Below are positions 53,212 through 63,082 of a stretch of 64,000 nucleotides of DNA, one piece after another (within the stretch, counting starts at the first letter, position 1; each line of letters opens with the position of its first letter). Made by a program: the position numbers and the translations under genes. Under the pieces are notes generated by a model. The model made no database searches. It worked only from the letters and a program-made list of their open reading frames with translations, and was not told the DNA's origin. The stretch spans positions 978,180-1,042,179 of the forward strand of contig NC_013204.1 of the NCBI RefSeq assembly GCF_000024265.1, written 5' to 3'. Source of the stretch: Eggerthella lenta DSM 2243. Its GTDB lineage: Bacteria; Actinomycetota; Coriobacteriia; Coriobacteriales; Eggerthellaceae.

Positions 53212-55032
53212 GTGCTGAGGGGCCGGGGAGTGCAGGCCACACAGCTGCCCGAACCTGCCGCCGTCCCAGTCCAGCGCCCCGCGTCTCCCGCCCTGGCTCC
53301 CGCACTGAGGACCATATCGGGAGAGACACCGCACTACCGCGCGCGCTTCGAGGTCGCAGCGGCCGACGGCGCGGACGCGGCCGAGGCCGTGAAGGAGATC
53401 GTCATGGGCTGGCTGCACGCCAAGGGCCTGGACGTACCGGAGGGCGCCGCGGACATCGCGGTGCCCGCGGGCTGGACGGCCGCCGACGAGCCCGACGCCG
53501 CCAAGGCCGTCCGCTTTCTCGGCCTATCCGGCGCGCAAGGCGCGGCATGGGCGGTCGAGGCCGATGAGCTCGACGGCGAGTTCTCGCGCCGCCGCTGGCA
53601 CACGAGGATCGGCCTCGCACCCGCCGGAGACGGCGGGTGCATCCTCAACGTGCAGGTATCGCACTACGCCGTCAACGGCTTTTTCGGATACCAGCGCAAC
53701 CCGCTGCCGTCCGTGCCGCGCGTCGTGCGCGATATCCTTGCGAACGGAAAGCTAGACGTGAGGATCGGCGCGTCGCGTGTGAGCGTCGAGGAGATATACC
53801 TTGACGCGGACACGCTAAAGCGCGATTTCATGTCGAGCCTGACCGATCGCGCGCGCTGCCTGCCGATCGTCCTCATGACGACCGACGACGACGGCAAGAC
53901 CCCCGTATGGGATGCGACCGAGCTCGCATCGAAGCTCGTGGGCATGGCCACCGTGTACGTCATCGACATGCGCGACGGCGCGTTGGTGCAGGCGTTCCGC
54001 GACCTGCTGCCCGACCGGACACCGGCCGGGCGCTACAGGATCGGGCGCAGCGCGGTCATGGTATACCGTCCGGGTATCGACCTGTCGGGCGAGGAATCTC
54101 TATCGGCCTGCACGCTCTTCACGCGCCACAGGATCGAGCGCTATGCCGCGGGCGGGCGCGACGGTTTCATCAACGTGCTCATGCAGGGCCTCGGCCGCGG
54201 CATCGACGCCCGACCGGGCGACGTCGCCGGAATCGGCGACGTGCTGTGGCTGCGCAGCCGAGTCGAGAGCGAGCGGCAGGGCGAGCGCATCGAGCGCCTG
54301 CGCTCGCGCGCGAAGGCGGCAGCCGAGCCGGTCGCCGATATCGACGGGCTGCGCGCGGAGAACGCGCGCCTGCGTGCCGATGCCGAGGCCTGGGAGGAGA
54401 TCGCGACGGACCAGGAGCGGAGCTATTCCGACGCCACGGCAAAGGTGGACGAGCTCACGAGGACCGTCCAGCGCCTCGAAGGCGAGAAGCGCGCGCTCGA
54501 ACGCAAGGCGGCGCAGTGCGCGGCACCGTCGGACGACGGCGGTGCCGCGAGGGTGGCCGAATGCCTCCAGTCGATCCCGCGCGACCTGACGGACCTCCTG
54601 AAGCTCGCGCGATCCATCTGGCCCGAACGTATCGTCGTCCTGCCCGAGGCAATGGACTCCGCGAAGTCCTACGACGGCAACCTCGCCGAGGAATGGGATA
54701 TCGTCCGCAGCACCGCGACGGCGCTCTACGGCCTCCTGTTCGAGGACGACGGTTGCGAGGGGCAGGTCGCAGACGAGTTCCAGCGCCGTACGGGCTACGA
54801 GCTCACCTTCAGCGAGAGCAGCGCCACCAGGGCGCGCGCCGATCTGATGAAGATGCGCGAGAGGAGCTACGGCGGCCGAACCGTCGACATCTCCGCCCAC
54901 ATCAAGGGGAGGAGCCAGAAGAACACCTTCCGCCTTCACTTCTACATCGATCGGGAAAACGAGCTGATAGTCATAGGGCATGCCGGATGCCACATGAAGA
55001 CCGCCGGCTCGCACCGTCGCGGTTTCAAGTAG
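53212..55032 (+). CDS. Large hypothetical protein, about 606 aa; the true start may be internal.
   Basis: Long high-GC3 ORF with a coiled-coil segment (..AENARLRADAEAWEE..LEGEKRALERK..). No recognised catalytic motif. Confidence 0.5.
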   Translation: MLRGRGVQATQLPEPAAVPVQRPASPALAPALRTISGETPHYRARFEVAAADGADAAEAVKEIVMGWLHAKGLDVPEGAADIAVPAGWTAADEPDAAKAVRFLGLSGAQGAAWAVEADELDGEFSRRRWHTRIGLAPAGDGGCILNVQVSHYAVNGFFGYQRNPLPSVPRVVRDILANGKLDVRIGASRVSVEEIYLDADTLKRDFMSSLTDRARCLPIVLMTTDDDGKTPVWDATELASKLVGMATVYVIDMRDGALVQAFRDLLPDRTPAGRYRIGRSAVMVYRPGIDLSGEESLSACTLFTRHRIERYAAGGRDGFINVLMQGLGRGIDARPGDVAGIGDVLWLRSRVESERQGERIERLRSRAKAAAEPVADIDGLRAENARLRADAEAWEEIATDQERSYSDATAKVDELTRTVQRLEGEKRALERKAAQCAAPSDDGGAARVAECLQSIPRDLTDLLKLARSIWPERIVVLPEAMDSAKSYDGNLAEEWDIVRSTATALYGLLFEDDGCEGQVADEFQRRTGYELTFSESSATRARADLMKMRERSYGGRTVDISAHIKGRSQKNTFRLHFYIDRENELIVIGHAGCHMKTAGSHRRGFK

Positions 55033-55213
55033 CACAGATCCCCGCCATCGGAACCGATGGCGGGGATCCTTTTTGAGCAACGCGCGAAACAGGCGGCGGA
55101 AACGGCCCGCGCAATTGCAGGACTGCGGATACGGCGGCCGGCGTTTGGGACCGGGCGCTTTTGGGTAGCATCGAATGGTAATGCCGGCGACGTGACCAGA
55201 GGGGAGGGAGAAT

Positions 55214-55579
55214 ATGTTCGATACCGATAGCGATGTCCCGTACGACATCGAGCCGACCGCGACCGAGAAGCCGAAGGCCTCGACTGCGGACAGCGCAGCC
55301 GAGGCTGCCAAGAAGACGGCCGAGGCCGAGAAGCGCGAGAAGCGCCGCGCCCGCCAGAAGCGCCAAGCGTTCACCGAGCAGATGCAGAACTTGACGATGG
55401 ACGACATCAGACGCCTGATGGAGTCCAGCGTCGACCTCGGCGGCGTCAGCGACCCGCAGGCCGAGATTGAGCGCCGCATCGAGCGCAACGGCATGGCGTA
55501 CCTGATGAAGGGCGGCGCCGTGTATGCCGTGGTGCTCTCGAGCGACGACTACGAACGTCTCGCGGACAAGAAGGCGTAG
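55214..55579 (+). CDS. Hypothetical protein with a Phd/YefM-like C-terminal segment.
   Basis: GGGGAGGGAGAAT RBS. C-terminal NGMAYLMKGGAVYAVVLSSDDYERL resembles Phd/YefM antitoxins. Confidence 0.45.
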   Translation: MFDTDSDVPYDIEPTATEKPKASTADSAAEAAKKTAEAEKREKRRARQKRQAFTEQMQNLTMDDIRRLMESSVDLGGVSDPQAEIERRIERNGMAYLMKGGAVYAVVLSSDDYERLADKKA

Positions 55580-55610
55580 ACCTCGCATTGGCGAGGGTCG
55601 CCGGGCGAGA

Positions 55611-55643
55611 GGCCGCCACCGGAACACGGTGGCGGCCTTTTTC
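55611..55643 (+). terminator. Rho-independent terminator.
   Basis: GGCCGCCACC-GGAACAC-GGTGGCGGCC-TTTTT. Confidence 0.5.
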
Positions 55644-56163
55644 ATGTCGCGACGCAACGCCCGGAACACTGACCGGACAACGATGGAAAGCGAGCGGAAA
55701 CGCTCGCGGCGGACACAGACGGCCAGGCCCCGCCCCGCCTCGATGCGCGCCCGCCGGAGCCGGGAGGTATCGGATCGGCGCGCACCGAGACGTTGGACAC
55801 GCGCCCGCGCGCAAGACTCCTGCCGCGATCGGGCACGCAGGCTACCGCACCCCGTCATAACTTCGAGTGCCACGCGGACATGCCGACATCTCTCCGCAAG
55901 CAGCTCGTAGATCGGCGCCGGGTCGTCCACGGCATCGCCATCGGCCGCGAGCAGATCGAGCACGGCGGCCACCCCCTCGATGATACGGGCGCAATCGTCA
56001 GCATCCATATGACCCTCCTTCTCATCGCTGAAAACAACTTATACGGCCGTGACGGTATCCGAGCCGTATCGGACTTGCAACAGATGAGCAGCGTCCCGTT
56101 CGTCGCGAAAGAGACGAGGGACAGCCGAAACGCGGACGGTATAACGGCATCGGATGACCGGTG

Positions 56164-56318
56164 TAAACCGGTTTAAACCCAGGCAAATAGGGGTAGGATA
56201 CTGAAAACTTCGCAAGAGACGCATACTTGTACCTCCATCGTAGATGTATGTACAAGTATGCCACCGAAGTCGGTCAGATTTCCGCCACCGGGCACAGCCC
56301 GCCGACGGAAATCTGACC
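56164..56318. other. Candidate oriT / relaxosome binding region upstream of mobC.
   Basis: Palindrome AAACCGGTTTAAACC. Inverted repeats GCATACTTGTAC..GTACAAGTATGC and GGTCAGATTTCCG..CGGAAATCTGACC. Confidence 0.4.
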
Positions 56319-56420
56319 GCCTCCGGCGCTTGCCAGGGCTCCGCCCTTGGACCGGGGTCGCGCACAGGTGCGCGAAGAATTGGAGGAAGCGTGGCAGAAA
56401 AAGCCACCTCGCAGACAAGA

Positions 56421-57002
56421 ATGGTCAGCATCAGGTTGACCGAGGAGGAAATCAGCACCCTCAAGGCTAAAGCGAGTCTTGCGGGCACGACCGTCACAGA
56501 CTTCGTCCGCGAGACGGCGATCTACGGCAAGCAGGAGTTCACGCTGGCGAAGCTGCCCGGCGGCGAGCGCGTGGACGTGAAGGAGGCGCTGGAAGGGTTA
56601 CTCGACACCGAGCACCGCACGGTGCAGAAGCATTTCAACGTGACGCCTTACGAGGACACCTTCATCCGTGACGCCGCGAGGAAGGCCGGCATGACGCAAT
56701 CGCGCTTCATGGTCGACCGCATCCTCCACACGCCCATGTACTACATCGGCGACCCCGACTTCTTCCAGAAGTTCTTCTACGAGCTCAACAAGCAGGGCGT
56801 GAACCTGAACCAGCTGGCCGCCGCGGCGAACACGCTGATCCTCCTCCAGGACATGCCCGACATGGCCAGGGAGCGCCGCTGCGAGCTCGCGGCGCAGATC
56901 GAGCACTTCGTAGCGACCCTGAAAGACCCATACTGCAAGGCGCTCGCGGAGACGCGCGGCCTCATGATGCAGCTCAGGCGGCAGTCCGAGGTGGAGCGAT
57001 AG
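56421..57002 (+). CDS. MobC-family relaxosome accessory protein (RHH); alternative GTG start at 56391.
   Basis: MVSIRLTEEEISTLKAKASLAGTTVTDFVRE, and NLNQLAAAAN matching the MobC NLNQ motif. Confidence 0.7.
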   Translation: MVSIRLTEEEISTLKAKASLAGTTVTDFVRETAIYGKQEFTLAKLPGGERVDVKEALEGLLDTEHRTVQKHFNVTPYEDTFIRDAARKAGMTQSRFMVDRILHTPMYYIGDPDFFQKFFYELNKQGVNLNQLAAAANTLILLQDMPDMARERRCELAAQIEHFVATLKDPYCKALAETRGLMMQLRRQSEVER

Positions 57003-57003
57003 C

Positions 57004-59064
57004 ATGGCCATGCTCAAGACGCTCGCCCGGAAGTTCGGCGGCTGCAAGCAGATAAAGGACTACCTCGCGCGCAACGGCCGCGCCGTGACGTTCCGCTCAA
57101 GCTCAATCGATCTCGATAGCGCCGGCTGGGACGGGCAGATGGACGCGACGCGCCAGGTGTTCGGCAAGGACACCGGGCGAAAGTACTACCATTTCGTAAT
57201 CTCACCCGATCCCGAGGACGGCCTGGATGCCAAGGCGGTAGACGCATTGGCATGCGATTGGGTGCGCGAGCGCTACAGCGGATACCAGTGGGTGATCGAG
57301 ACTCATATAGATAACGGCATTCCGCATGCACATATCGTCGTCAACTCCGTCAACCCCGTTGACGGGAGGAAGATACACCTCGACGACGATGACGTGCAGG
57401 CCGACGCGATGGAGTTGCAGAGAATCTGCCGCGACTACGGCTACACCGCCTTCGACAACTTCAAGTTCACGAGGGACGAGGACGGTTCCTGGTACGCACG
57501 CACGCCGCGCCCCGACCGCCGGCGCGAGGTCGTCTTGCAGGAGGCGCGCCCGGCGCGCCGTCATGTGACGGACGCCCAGCGCCGCGCCAGGTACAGCGGC
57601 AAGAAACTCTGGACCGATGCGATGCACGACGATATCGAGTCGGCTTTGCAGGGGTGCCGGACATGGCCCGCGCTCGAGAGGCGTTTGGCGGAGAAGGGCT
57701 ACCGCATCAATATCAACCGCCGCGGAGTGCTGACCTTCTACCCGCCCGAGGGCAAGGGCCATCCCGTGAAGGGTTACAAGCTGGACGACTCCTATACGGT
57801 CGAGGGATTGCGCGAGCGCCTTGCCGTGCGACTCGAGGGACAGCGCCCGAACGTCAGGATGTGCACCGAGGACCTTGTCCCGGACGTCGTCCTGCCGCCC
57901 ATGACTTTCGAGGCGGTCGCATCCAACAATCTCGAGCGGTCTAAGAGGATCGAGCGCTCCGCCGCCCGCCTTGCCGCCGCGGCCGACGCCGTGAACATTA
58001 TCCGCGAGCGCGGCTACCGCTGCTATGCGGACATGGCGGCCGATGCCAGGCGCCTCGCCGCCGAGGTCGACGCGCTCGACGCGAGGGTCGACGCGCTCAA
58101 GCTGGAGGCCGAGCAGACCGCCGAGGCCATCCGCCAGGTCGAGGTCTACACGTCTTGCGTCGCGCAGTTGACCGCGCGCCCGGAAGGAGCCGAAGCGCTC
58201 GCGGCATGGCGCGAGGACAATGCAGACGAGCTTCGCGAGATGGAATCGATCCGCAAGTGGATGGCCGAGCGCGGAATCGTGCTCACCGATATGACATACA
58301 CGGACCTCCTCGCACGCCGCGACGGCGTCAGGGCCGACGTGGCGAACCTCGCTTCCATGGCAGTCGATATCCGCAACCGCTCGCGCCGACTTTCCGCCGC
58401 TGTCGATGTCCTGGACTCATCGCAGATGCCGATTGGCCCCACAGATGTACGGGGCCGCGGCGAGAGGCAGAAGGGCGCCGGTCACGGCCTGCGCGACGCC
58501 AAGGTCATCACCGCGAACCAGACCGCCGAGCTGACGCGCGAGTACACGCGCTATCGCAAGGCCTATTCGGGGGCCATCGCGGCGGGCGCCCTCACGCCGG
58601 ATAAGATCAAGCAGATTGAGCGCGACCACGAGCGGGCCAAGGCGAAGATCATCGGCGAGCAGCGCGAGGAGGACCTGCGCGCGGAACGCTCGGCGTACGG
58701 GATGGCCGGAAGCGAATGGGCGCAGGATGCTCCCGTGACGGTCGCCGCACCCGGCGGGACGGACAAGAGGTCGAAGCCCGGATGGAAGCCGTACCTCCAA
58801 CGCCCCGCGACCGAGAAGCAGATGAAATATCTCGAAGACCTCGTAGAGTCCGGCATCATCGCGCAGGCCGACATCGACAGCCTCGGCGGCGAGCCGACCA
58901 TCGCGGACGTCAACGCGCTCCTGAACTCGCATCCCAAGGTCAAGAACCTGGAGCTTGAGAAGATGGACGGCGACGGCGCGGACGGCACACGGACGTACAC
59001 GCAGACCCGAGACGATATCGAGGACGACGGCTATACGCCGGCGAACTACACGAGGAGGAGATAG
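57004..59064 (+). CDS. MOB-family relaxase (MobA/VirD2-like nickase) with a long coiled C-terminal region.
   Basis: Relaxase N-domain with the 3-His motif HIDNGIPHAHIVVNSV and catalytic Tyr region YYHFVISP. Coupled to mobC. Confidence 0.85.
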   Translation: MAMLKTLARKFGGCKQIKDYLARNGRAVTFRSSSIDLDSAGWDGQMDATRQVFGKDTGRKYYHFVISPDPEDGLDAKAVDALACDWVRERYSGYQWVIETHIDNGIPHAHIVVNSVNPVDGRKIHLDDDDVQADAMELQRICRDYGYTAFDNFKFTRDEDGSWYARTPRPDRRREVVLQEARPARRHVTDAQRRARYSGKKLWTDAMHDDIESALQGCRTWPALERRLAEKGYRININRRGVLTFYPPEGKGHPVKGYKLDDSYTVEGLRERLAVRLEGQRPNVRMCTEDLVPDVVLPPMTFEAVASNNLERSKRIERSAARLAAAADAVNIIRERGYRCYADMAADARRLAAEVDALDARVDALKLEAEQTAEAIRQVEVYTSCVAQLTARPEGAEALAAWREDNADELREMESIRKWMAERGIVLTDMTYTDLLARRDGVRADVANLASMAVDIRNRSRRLSAAVDVLDSSQMPIGPTDVRGRGERQKGAGHGLRDAKVITANQTAELTREYTRYRKAYSGAIAAGALTPDKIKQIERDHERAKAKIIGEQREEDLRAERSAYGMAGSEWAQDAPVTVAAPGGTDKRSKPGWKPYLQRPATEKQMKYLEDLVESGIIAQADIDSLGGEPTIADVNALLNSHPKVKNLELEKMDGDGADGTRTYTQTRDDIEDDGYTPANYTRRR

Positions 59065-59067
59065 ACG

Positions 59068-59967
59068 GTGAATATCATCGTGAAGATGCACGACAGGGCC
59101 CGCGTGATCGAGACGACGCGCATGGACCTGCACAGCGGCATCATGCTCGAGGACGACTTCCTCGACATTTCCGATTACCTGAACCAGGGCGTGCTTCTTG
59201 AACGCAGCGTGTTCATCACCACGAGCGACGACATGCAGCTCCTCAAGCGCGCCGTGACACTCATCGAGCCGGACGAGCTGGATGCCATCGACGGCGTCTA
59301 TGCCGACGGCAAGCCGATTCTCGTGAGGACCGAGGACGGTTCGCGTTTGGCCCCGGCGGTGTTCGAGGTGCTGTTCGACGACAGCGGCAACTACATGGGC
59401 GACCACGGGCAGGGCCTCTGCATCTACTATGAGTCCGGGAGCTACGAGACGATCGTGCCGACTGTGCTCTCGTTCGGCGACGGCATGCTTATGGCCGACG
59501 ACCTGATCGATTGGAGCGACCTGGACTCGGGTATCACCTGGACCCGCGGAGCCTGGACGCGCGGCGACCGCAACCTCATGGAGCTCCGCCCCGAGCCCAC
59601 GGTCGTGGTCGATCCGGAGCAGTATGCGCACATGGAGCTCATGACCTTCGGCGGCGCGCTCGTCGCCATGAAGACCGCGGGCGGCATGGTGAGCGGCGGC
59701 GGAACCGTCTCGGACGATCCCGATGCCGACGATACCGCGACCGAAAGCGAACCGCGGCCGTCCCAGGATGCGGAAGCAGACGACGCGGAGACCGAGAGCG
59801 GTCCAGAACCCGGCGGCTCGGAAACCGAATCCGCCGAGGCCGATGACGGCTCGGGTTCCGATGGGGGCCCGGACGGAGATGACGGGGATCCCGACGAGGA
59901 CCCCGGCGAAGATGACGACAGTGACGACTACGAGGAGGACGATTCGATGTTCGCCGATCTCTTCTAA
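59068..59967 (+). CDS. Hypothetical protein with a highly acidic (D/E/G-rich) C-terminal tail.
   Basis: GTG start 1 nt after the relaxase stop. High GC3. Confidence 0.5.
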   Translation: MNIIVKMHDRARVIETTRMDLHSGIMLEDDFLDISDYLNQGVLLERSVFITTSDDMQLLKRAVTLIEPDELDAIDGVYADGKPILVRTEDGSRLAPAVFEVLFDDSGNYMGDHGQGLCIYYESGSYETIVPTVLSFGDGMLMADDLIDWSDLDSGITWTRGAWTRGDRNLMELRPEPTVVVDPEQYAHMELMTFGGALVAMKTAGGMVSGGGTVSDDPDADDTATESEPRPSQDAEADDAETESGPEPGGSETESAEADDGSGSDGGPDGDDGDPDEDPGEDDDSDDYEEDDSMFADLF

Positions 59968-60398
59968 AAATGACCGCGACGATATCCGCGGCGGCAATGT
60001 GCCCGCCGCGGGCGTTTCGCCTGCCCGTTTGCGGCGATGTCTCGTGTATATTGCTTAAAGTGTAAAAACGGACGACAGGACGGCGAGAGAGCGGCATGGA
60101 CGCCGCGACCCGCCGACACGCTATGGAGATACCGGACGGCGCGAAGCCGACGACGAAAGGACAAATGTCCGGAGGGAGGGCATGGAGGTTCCAAGGTCAT
60201 GGCCCCGGCCTCGCGCTTCGGCGCCAGGGCCGCGGCGCGCGACGACAAGCGCCATCGCGTGACCGACTGCCTGAGCGACTACTACCGGAAGTCACGCAGT
60301 CTCACCGCCCACTATCCCATCTTGGAAGACGATCTGTAACCCGCCCAGTCATCCAAGGCCCCGCCGGACCCCGGCGGGGCTCGCAACGCCCATGCGAA

Positions 60399-60425
60399 GG
60401 CACCCGGACAACGGGTGCCTTTTTC
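60399..60425 (+). terminator. Rho-independent terminator.
   Basis: GGCACCCG-GACAA-CGGGTGCC-TTTTT. Confidence 0.5.
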
Positions 60426-60513
60426 GCTATTTGCCCTGTTCAATGAATAGATTTTTTCATCAGGGGTAAAAGTCTCGCGATACTGGAAAGCAGAACCGAG
60501 AAGGGACACTCTT

Positions 60514-60744
60514 ATGACCGTTATTGAGTATTGCCGAAACGAGACCGACGTCCGCGAGCTCGTCATCATCCGCGCAGGGGGCTACACGTCCTGCGCTGCC
60601 TACATCGACTATGAGGACCTGTTTCGCCTTCCGCCCAATATCGCCCATGCGGACGTTATCGAATCCTCCTACGACCACATCAAGGTTTTGGACCACCAGG
60701 GCACTTACGTGAGCGTCCCGTGCACCTACCTGGACATCGATTAG
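60514..60744 (+). CDS. Small hypothetical protein, 76 aa.
   Basis: GAGAAGGGAC RBS. Lower-GC region. Stop overlaps the glycosyltransferase start region. Confidence 0.4.
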   Translation: MTVIEYCRNETDVRELVIIRAGGYTSCAAYIDYEDLFRLPPNIAHADVIESSYDHIKVLDHQGTYVSVPCTYLDID

Positions 60745-60755
60745 AGAAGTCGAAG

Positions 60756-61700
60756 ATGCCGCAACCCGAAACCCGTCATGAAATCGCCGTGATCATCCCG
60801 TGCTACAACGAGGCGCCGACGATAGCCAAGGTCGTCGATGACTTCCGCCGCGAACTTCCCGACGCGGCCATCTACGTCTACGACAACAACTCGACCGATG
60901 GCACCGCCGAGATCGCACGCGCCCGCGGCGCTATCGTCAGGCACGAGCCGCGTCAGGGCAAGGGAAACGTCTGCCGGCAGATGTTCCGCGACATCGACGC
61001 CGACTGCTACCTCATGGTCGACGGCGACGATACCTACCCCGCGGAATCGGCGCGATCCCTCTGCGCTCCCGTCCTCGCGGGCGAGGCAGATATGGTAGTG
61101 GGCGACCGCCTTTCCAACGGCGCCTACGCCGAGGAGAACAAGCGCACCTTCCACGGATTCGGCAACGACCTCGTGCGCGCCATGATCAGGTGGATATACG
61201 GCTACGGTTTCGAGGACGTCATGACCGGCTACCGGGCGATGTCCAGGCCGTTCGTGAAGACCTTTCCGGTCCTATCCGAGGGCTTCCAGATCGAGACGGA
61301 GCTGTCGATTCACGCCGTCGATCGCCGCTGGCGGATCGCCGATGTCCCCGTGGAATACCGGGACCGCCCCGAGGGCTCGGTCTCGAAATTGAACACCGTG
61401 AGGGACGGGCTGAAGGTGATCGCCATGATCGGCACCCTGTTCAAGGACTACCGCCCGTTGAAGTTCTTTTCGCTGGTCGCCCTGCTGCTCTGCATCGGCG
61501 GCCTGTGTGCCGGCATGCCGGTGGTGACCGAATACCTCGCTACCGGCCTCGTGCCCCGGTTCCCGACCGCCATCCTTGCCGCGGCGCTCATGTTCATGGC
61601 AGCGCTCTCGCTTACCACAGGCTTCATCCTGGACGCCGTTGCGAAAGTCGAGCGCAAGCAGTGGGAGCTCCGAGTATACCGCCAGACCGAGAAGGACTGA
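60756..61700 (+). CDS. GtrB-like family-2 glycosyltransferase (polyprenyl-phosphate sugar transferase) with two C-terminal TM helices.
   Basis: IAVIIPCYNE..YVYDNNSTDGT..MVDGDDTYP (GT2 DXD). C-terminal TM pair. Confidence 0.8.
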   Translation: MPQPETRHEIAVIIPCYNEAPTIAKVVDDFRRELPDAAIYVYDNNSTDGTAEIARARGAIVRHEPRQGKGNVCRQMFRDIDADCYLMVDGDDTYPAESARSLCAPVLAGEADMVVGDRLSNGAYAEENKRTFHGFGNDLVRAMIRWIYGYGFEDVMTGYRAMSRPFVKTFPVLSEGFQIETELSIHAVDRRWRIADVPVEYRDRPEGSVSKLNTVRDGLKVIAMIGTLFKDYRPLKFFSLVALLLCIGGLCAGMPVVTEYLATGLVPRFPTAILAAALMFMAALSLTTGFILDAVAKVERKQWELRVYRQTEKD

Positions 61701-61824
61701 CGCCACCCGATGATCACGCGTCCCCCGCCGGAAACCGGCGGGAGCCAGATCGGCCCCCAGCAGGCGCCCGGGCACCGGGCGCAATCCGCGAATACCCACC
61801 GCCAAAAAGAAAGAGGAAACCCAA

Positions 61825-62208
61825 ATGGACGCAATGGTGGAAGCCCTAAAGCCTATTATAATTTTCGCTATGGTTCTCTGGGGCATTGAAACTGTCGTTA
61901 CGATGCTTATTAAAGATCACAAGCAGGCGAAACGAAAGCGGGCACGTGAGAAGCGGCGTTTGGAGTATCAGGACCGCCGCATGGCAAACGACGCCGAGCA
62001 CGCAAAGGTCACAAGGGCAATGCGCTACAACGTACTTCGCCGCGATGATTTCCATTGCGTCCGCTGTGGACGAGGCCGCGAGGACGGCGTGAAGCTCCAC
62101 GTCGATCATATCGTCCCCGTATCGCGCGGCGGCAAGTCGGTGATGTCCAACCTCCAGACCCTATGCGAGGACTGCAATTGCGGCAAGGGAAACCGCTATC
62201 TGGAATAG
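61825..62208 (+). CDS. Membrane-anchored HNH endonuclease-domain protein, 127 aa.
   Basis: N-terminal TM IIIFAMVLWGIETVV. HNH core HCVRCG..LHVDHIVPVSRGG..NLQTLCEDCNCGKG. Low GC. Confidence 0.7.
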   Translation: MDAMVEALKPIIIFAMVLWGIETVVTMLIKDHKQAKRKRAREKRRLEYQDRRMANDAEHAKVTRAMRYNVLRRDDFHCVRCGRGREDGVKLHVDHIVPVSRGGKSVMSNLQTLCEDCNCGKGNRYLE

Positions 62209-62240
62209 CAACGATGTAAGCATCACAAATAAAGGAACCG

Positions 62241-62969
62241 ATGGCAATGTATACAGCTATCTACATATCGTTAATACTGCTGCCTATTGTAGTAATCGTA
62301 ATTACAGCCTGGTGGAATGTAAATCCATTCCAATATCCCTACTATCGCAAGCAGTTCAATGTGACTGGAAAGAGACTACCGAAGATCGAGGACTATATCG
62401 ACCTGTATATATGCAGCTATGGAAACGATTTCGAGAACCTGATCGACAACCATGCCCTAGTCGTTCAAAAATGGAAGGCCGCTTCAAAAGGCAAGGTCCG
62501 GCAATCGTTTTTTAGGAAACATCGGGAGAAACAGTTCCGGGTCGCTATAGACGACGAACATGAATTTCAGTTTGAATTGTATCGCGATAGCACTAGATAC
62601 ACTCAAAAGAATTACGTCAGGACGTCTTATCAAGTCAGCATGACCGAAAGGGCAATTGGGGTAGATGTGGACTGGTTGCTGGAAAGATATCGGCAGCTTC
62701 GGGCAATAGGTTTTGAAACCGACTTGAATAGCTACCACAGCAAGAATCAACGCAAGCAGATGACGAAAAAACTTAGGCTGAAGATCATGGAAAGGGACAA
62801 CTGCACTTGCCAGAACTGTGGTAAATACATGCCTGATAGGGTAGGCCTGCAAATCGACCATATAGTTCCCGTAGCTAGGGGCGGAAAGACGGTTGAGTCA
62901 AATTTGCAAGTGCTATGTTCGCGATGCAATGGATCAAAGGGCGCAAAAGAACCGGATGCCTTCTACTGA
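62241..62969 (+). CDS. Second membrane-anchored HNH endonuclease-domain protein, 242 aa, with a middle domain of unknown function.
   Basis: N-terminal TM IYISLILLPIVVIVITAWW. HNH core CTCQNCG..LQIDHIVPVARGG..NLQVLCSRCNGSKG. Lowest GC in the window. Confidence 0.7.
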   Translation: MAMYTAIYISLILLPIVVIVITAWWNVNPFQYPYYRKQFNVTGKRLPKIEDYIDLYICSYGNDFENLIDNHALVVQKWKAASKGKVRQSFFRKHREKQFRVAIDDEHEFQFELYRDSTRYTQKNYVRTSYQVSMTERAIGVDVDWLLERYRQLRAIGFETDLNSYHSKNQRKQMTKKLRLKIMERDNCTCQNCGKYMPDRVGLQIDHIVPVARGGKTVESNLQVLCSRCNGSKGAKEPDAFY

Positions 62970-63082
62970 GGGCGATTGAATCGGTAACCATAGGATGAGC
63001 CCTGAAACATCCGACCGATAACCCGCTGCCCCGCAATTGAGCGCCCCCTGATCAAGGTATAGACTGGTTTTGATTACCCAAT

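Noticed and set aside
55025-56037. Minus-strand ORFs 55025..56008 (327 aa) and 55855..56037.
   Set aside because: The long ORF overlaps the well-supported plus-strand gene 55214..55579 and its terminator. Only its N-terminal 60 aa or so (55830-56008) could be real. There is no RBS or domain evidence.
60037-60446. ORFs 60037..60339 and 60096..60446 in the region after the relaxase operon.
   Set aside because: They lack an RBS. The region contains two hairpins, including a clear rho-independent terminator at 60399-60425. It is more likely non-coding spacer.
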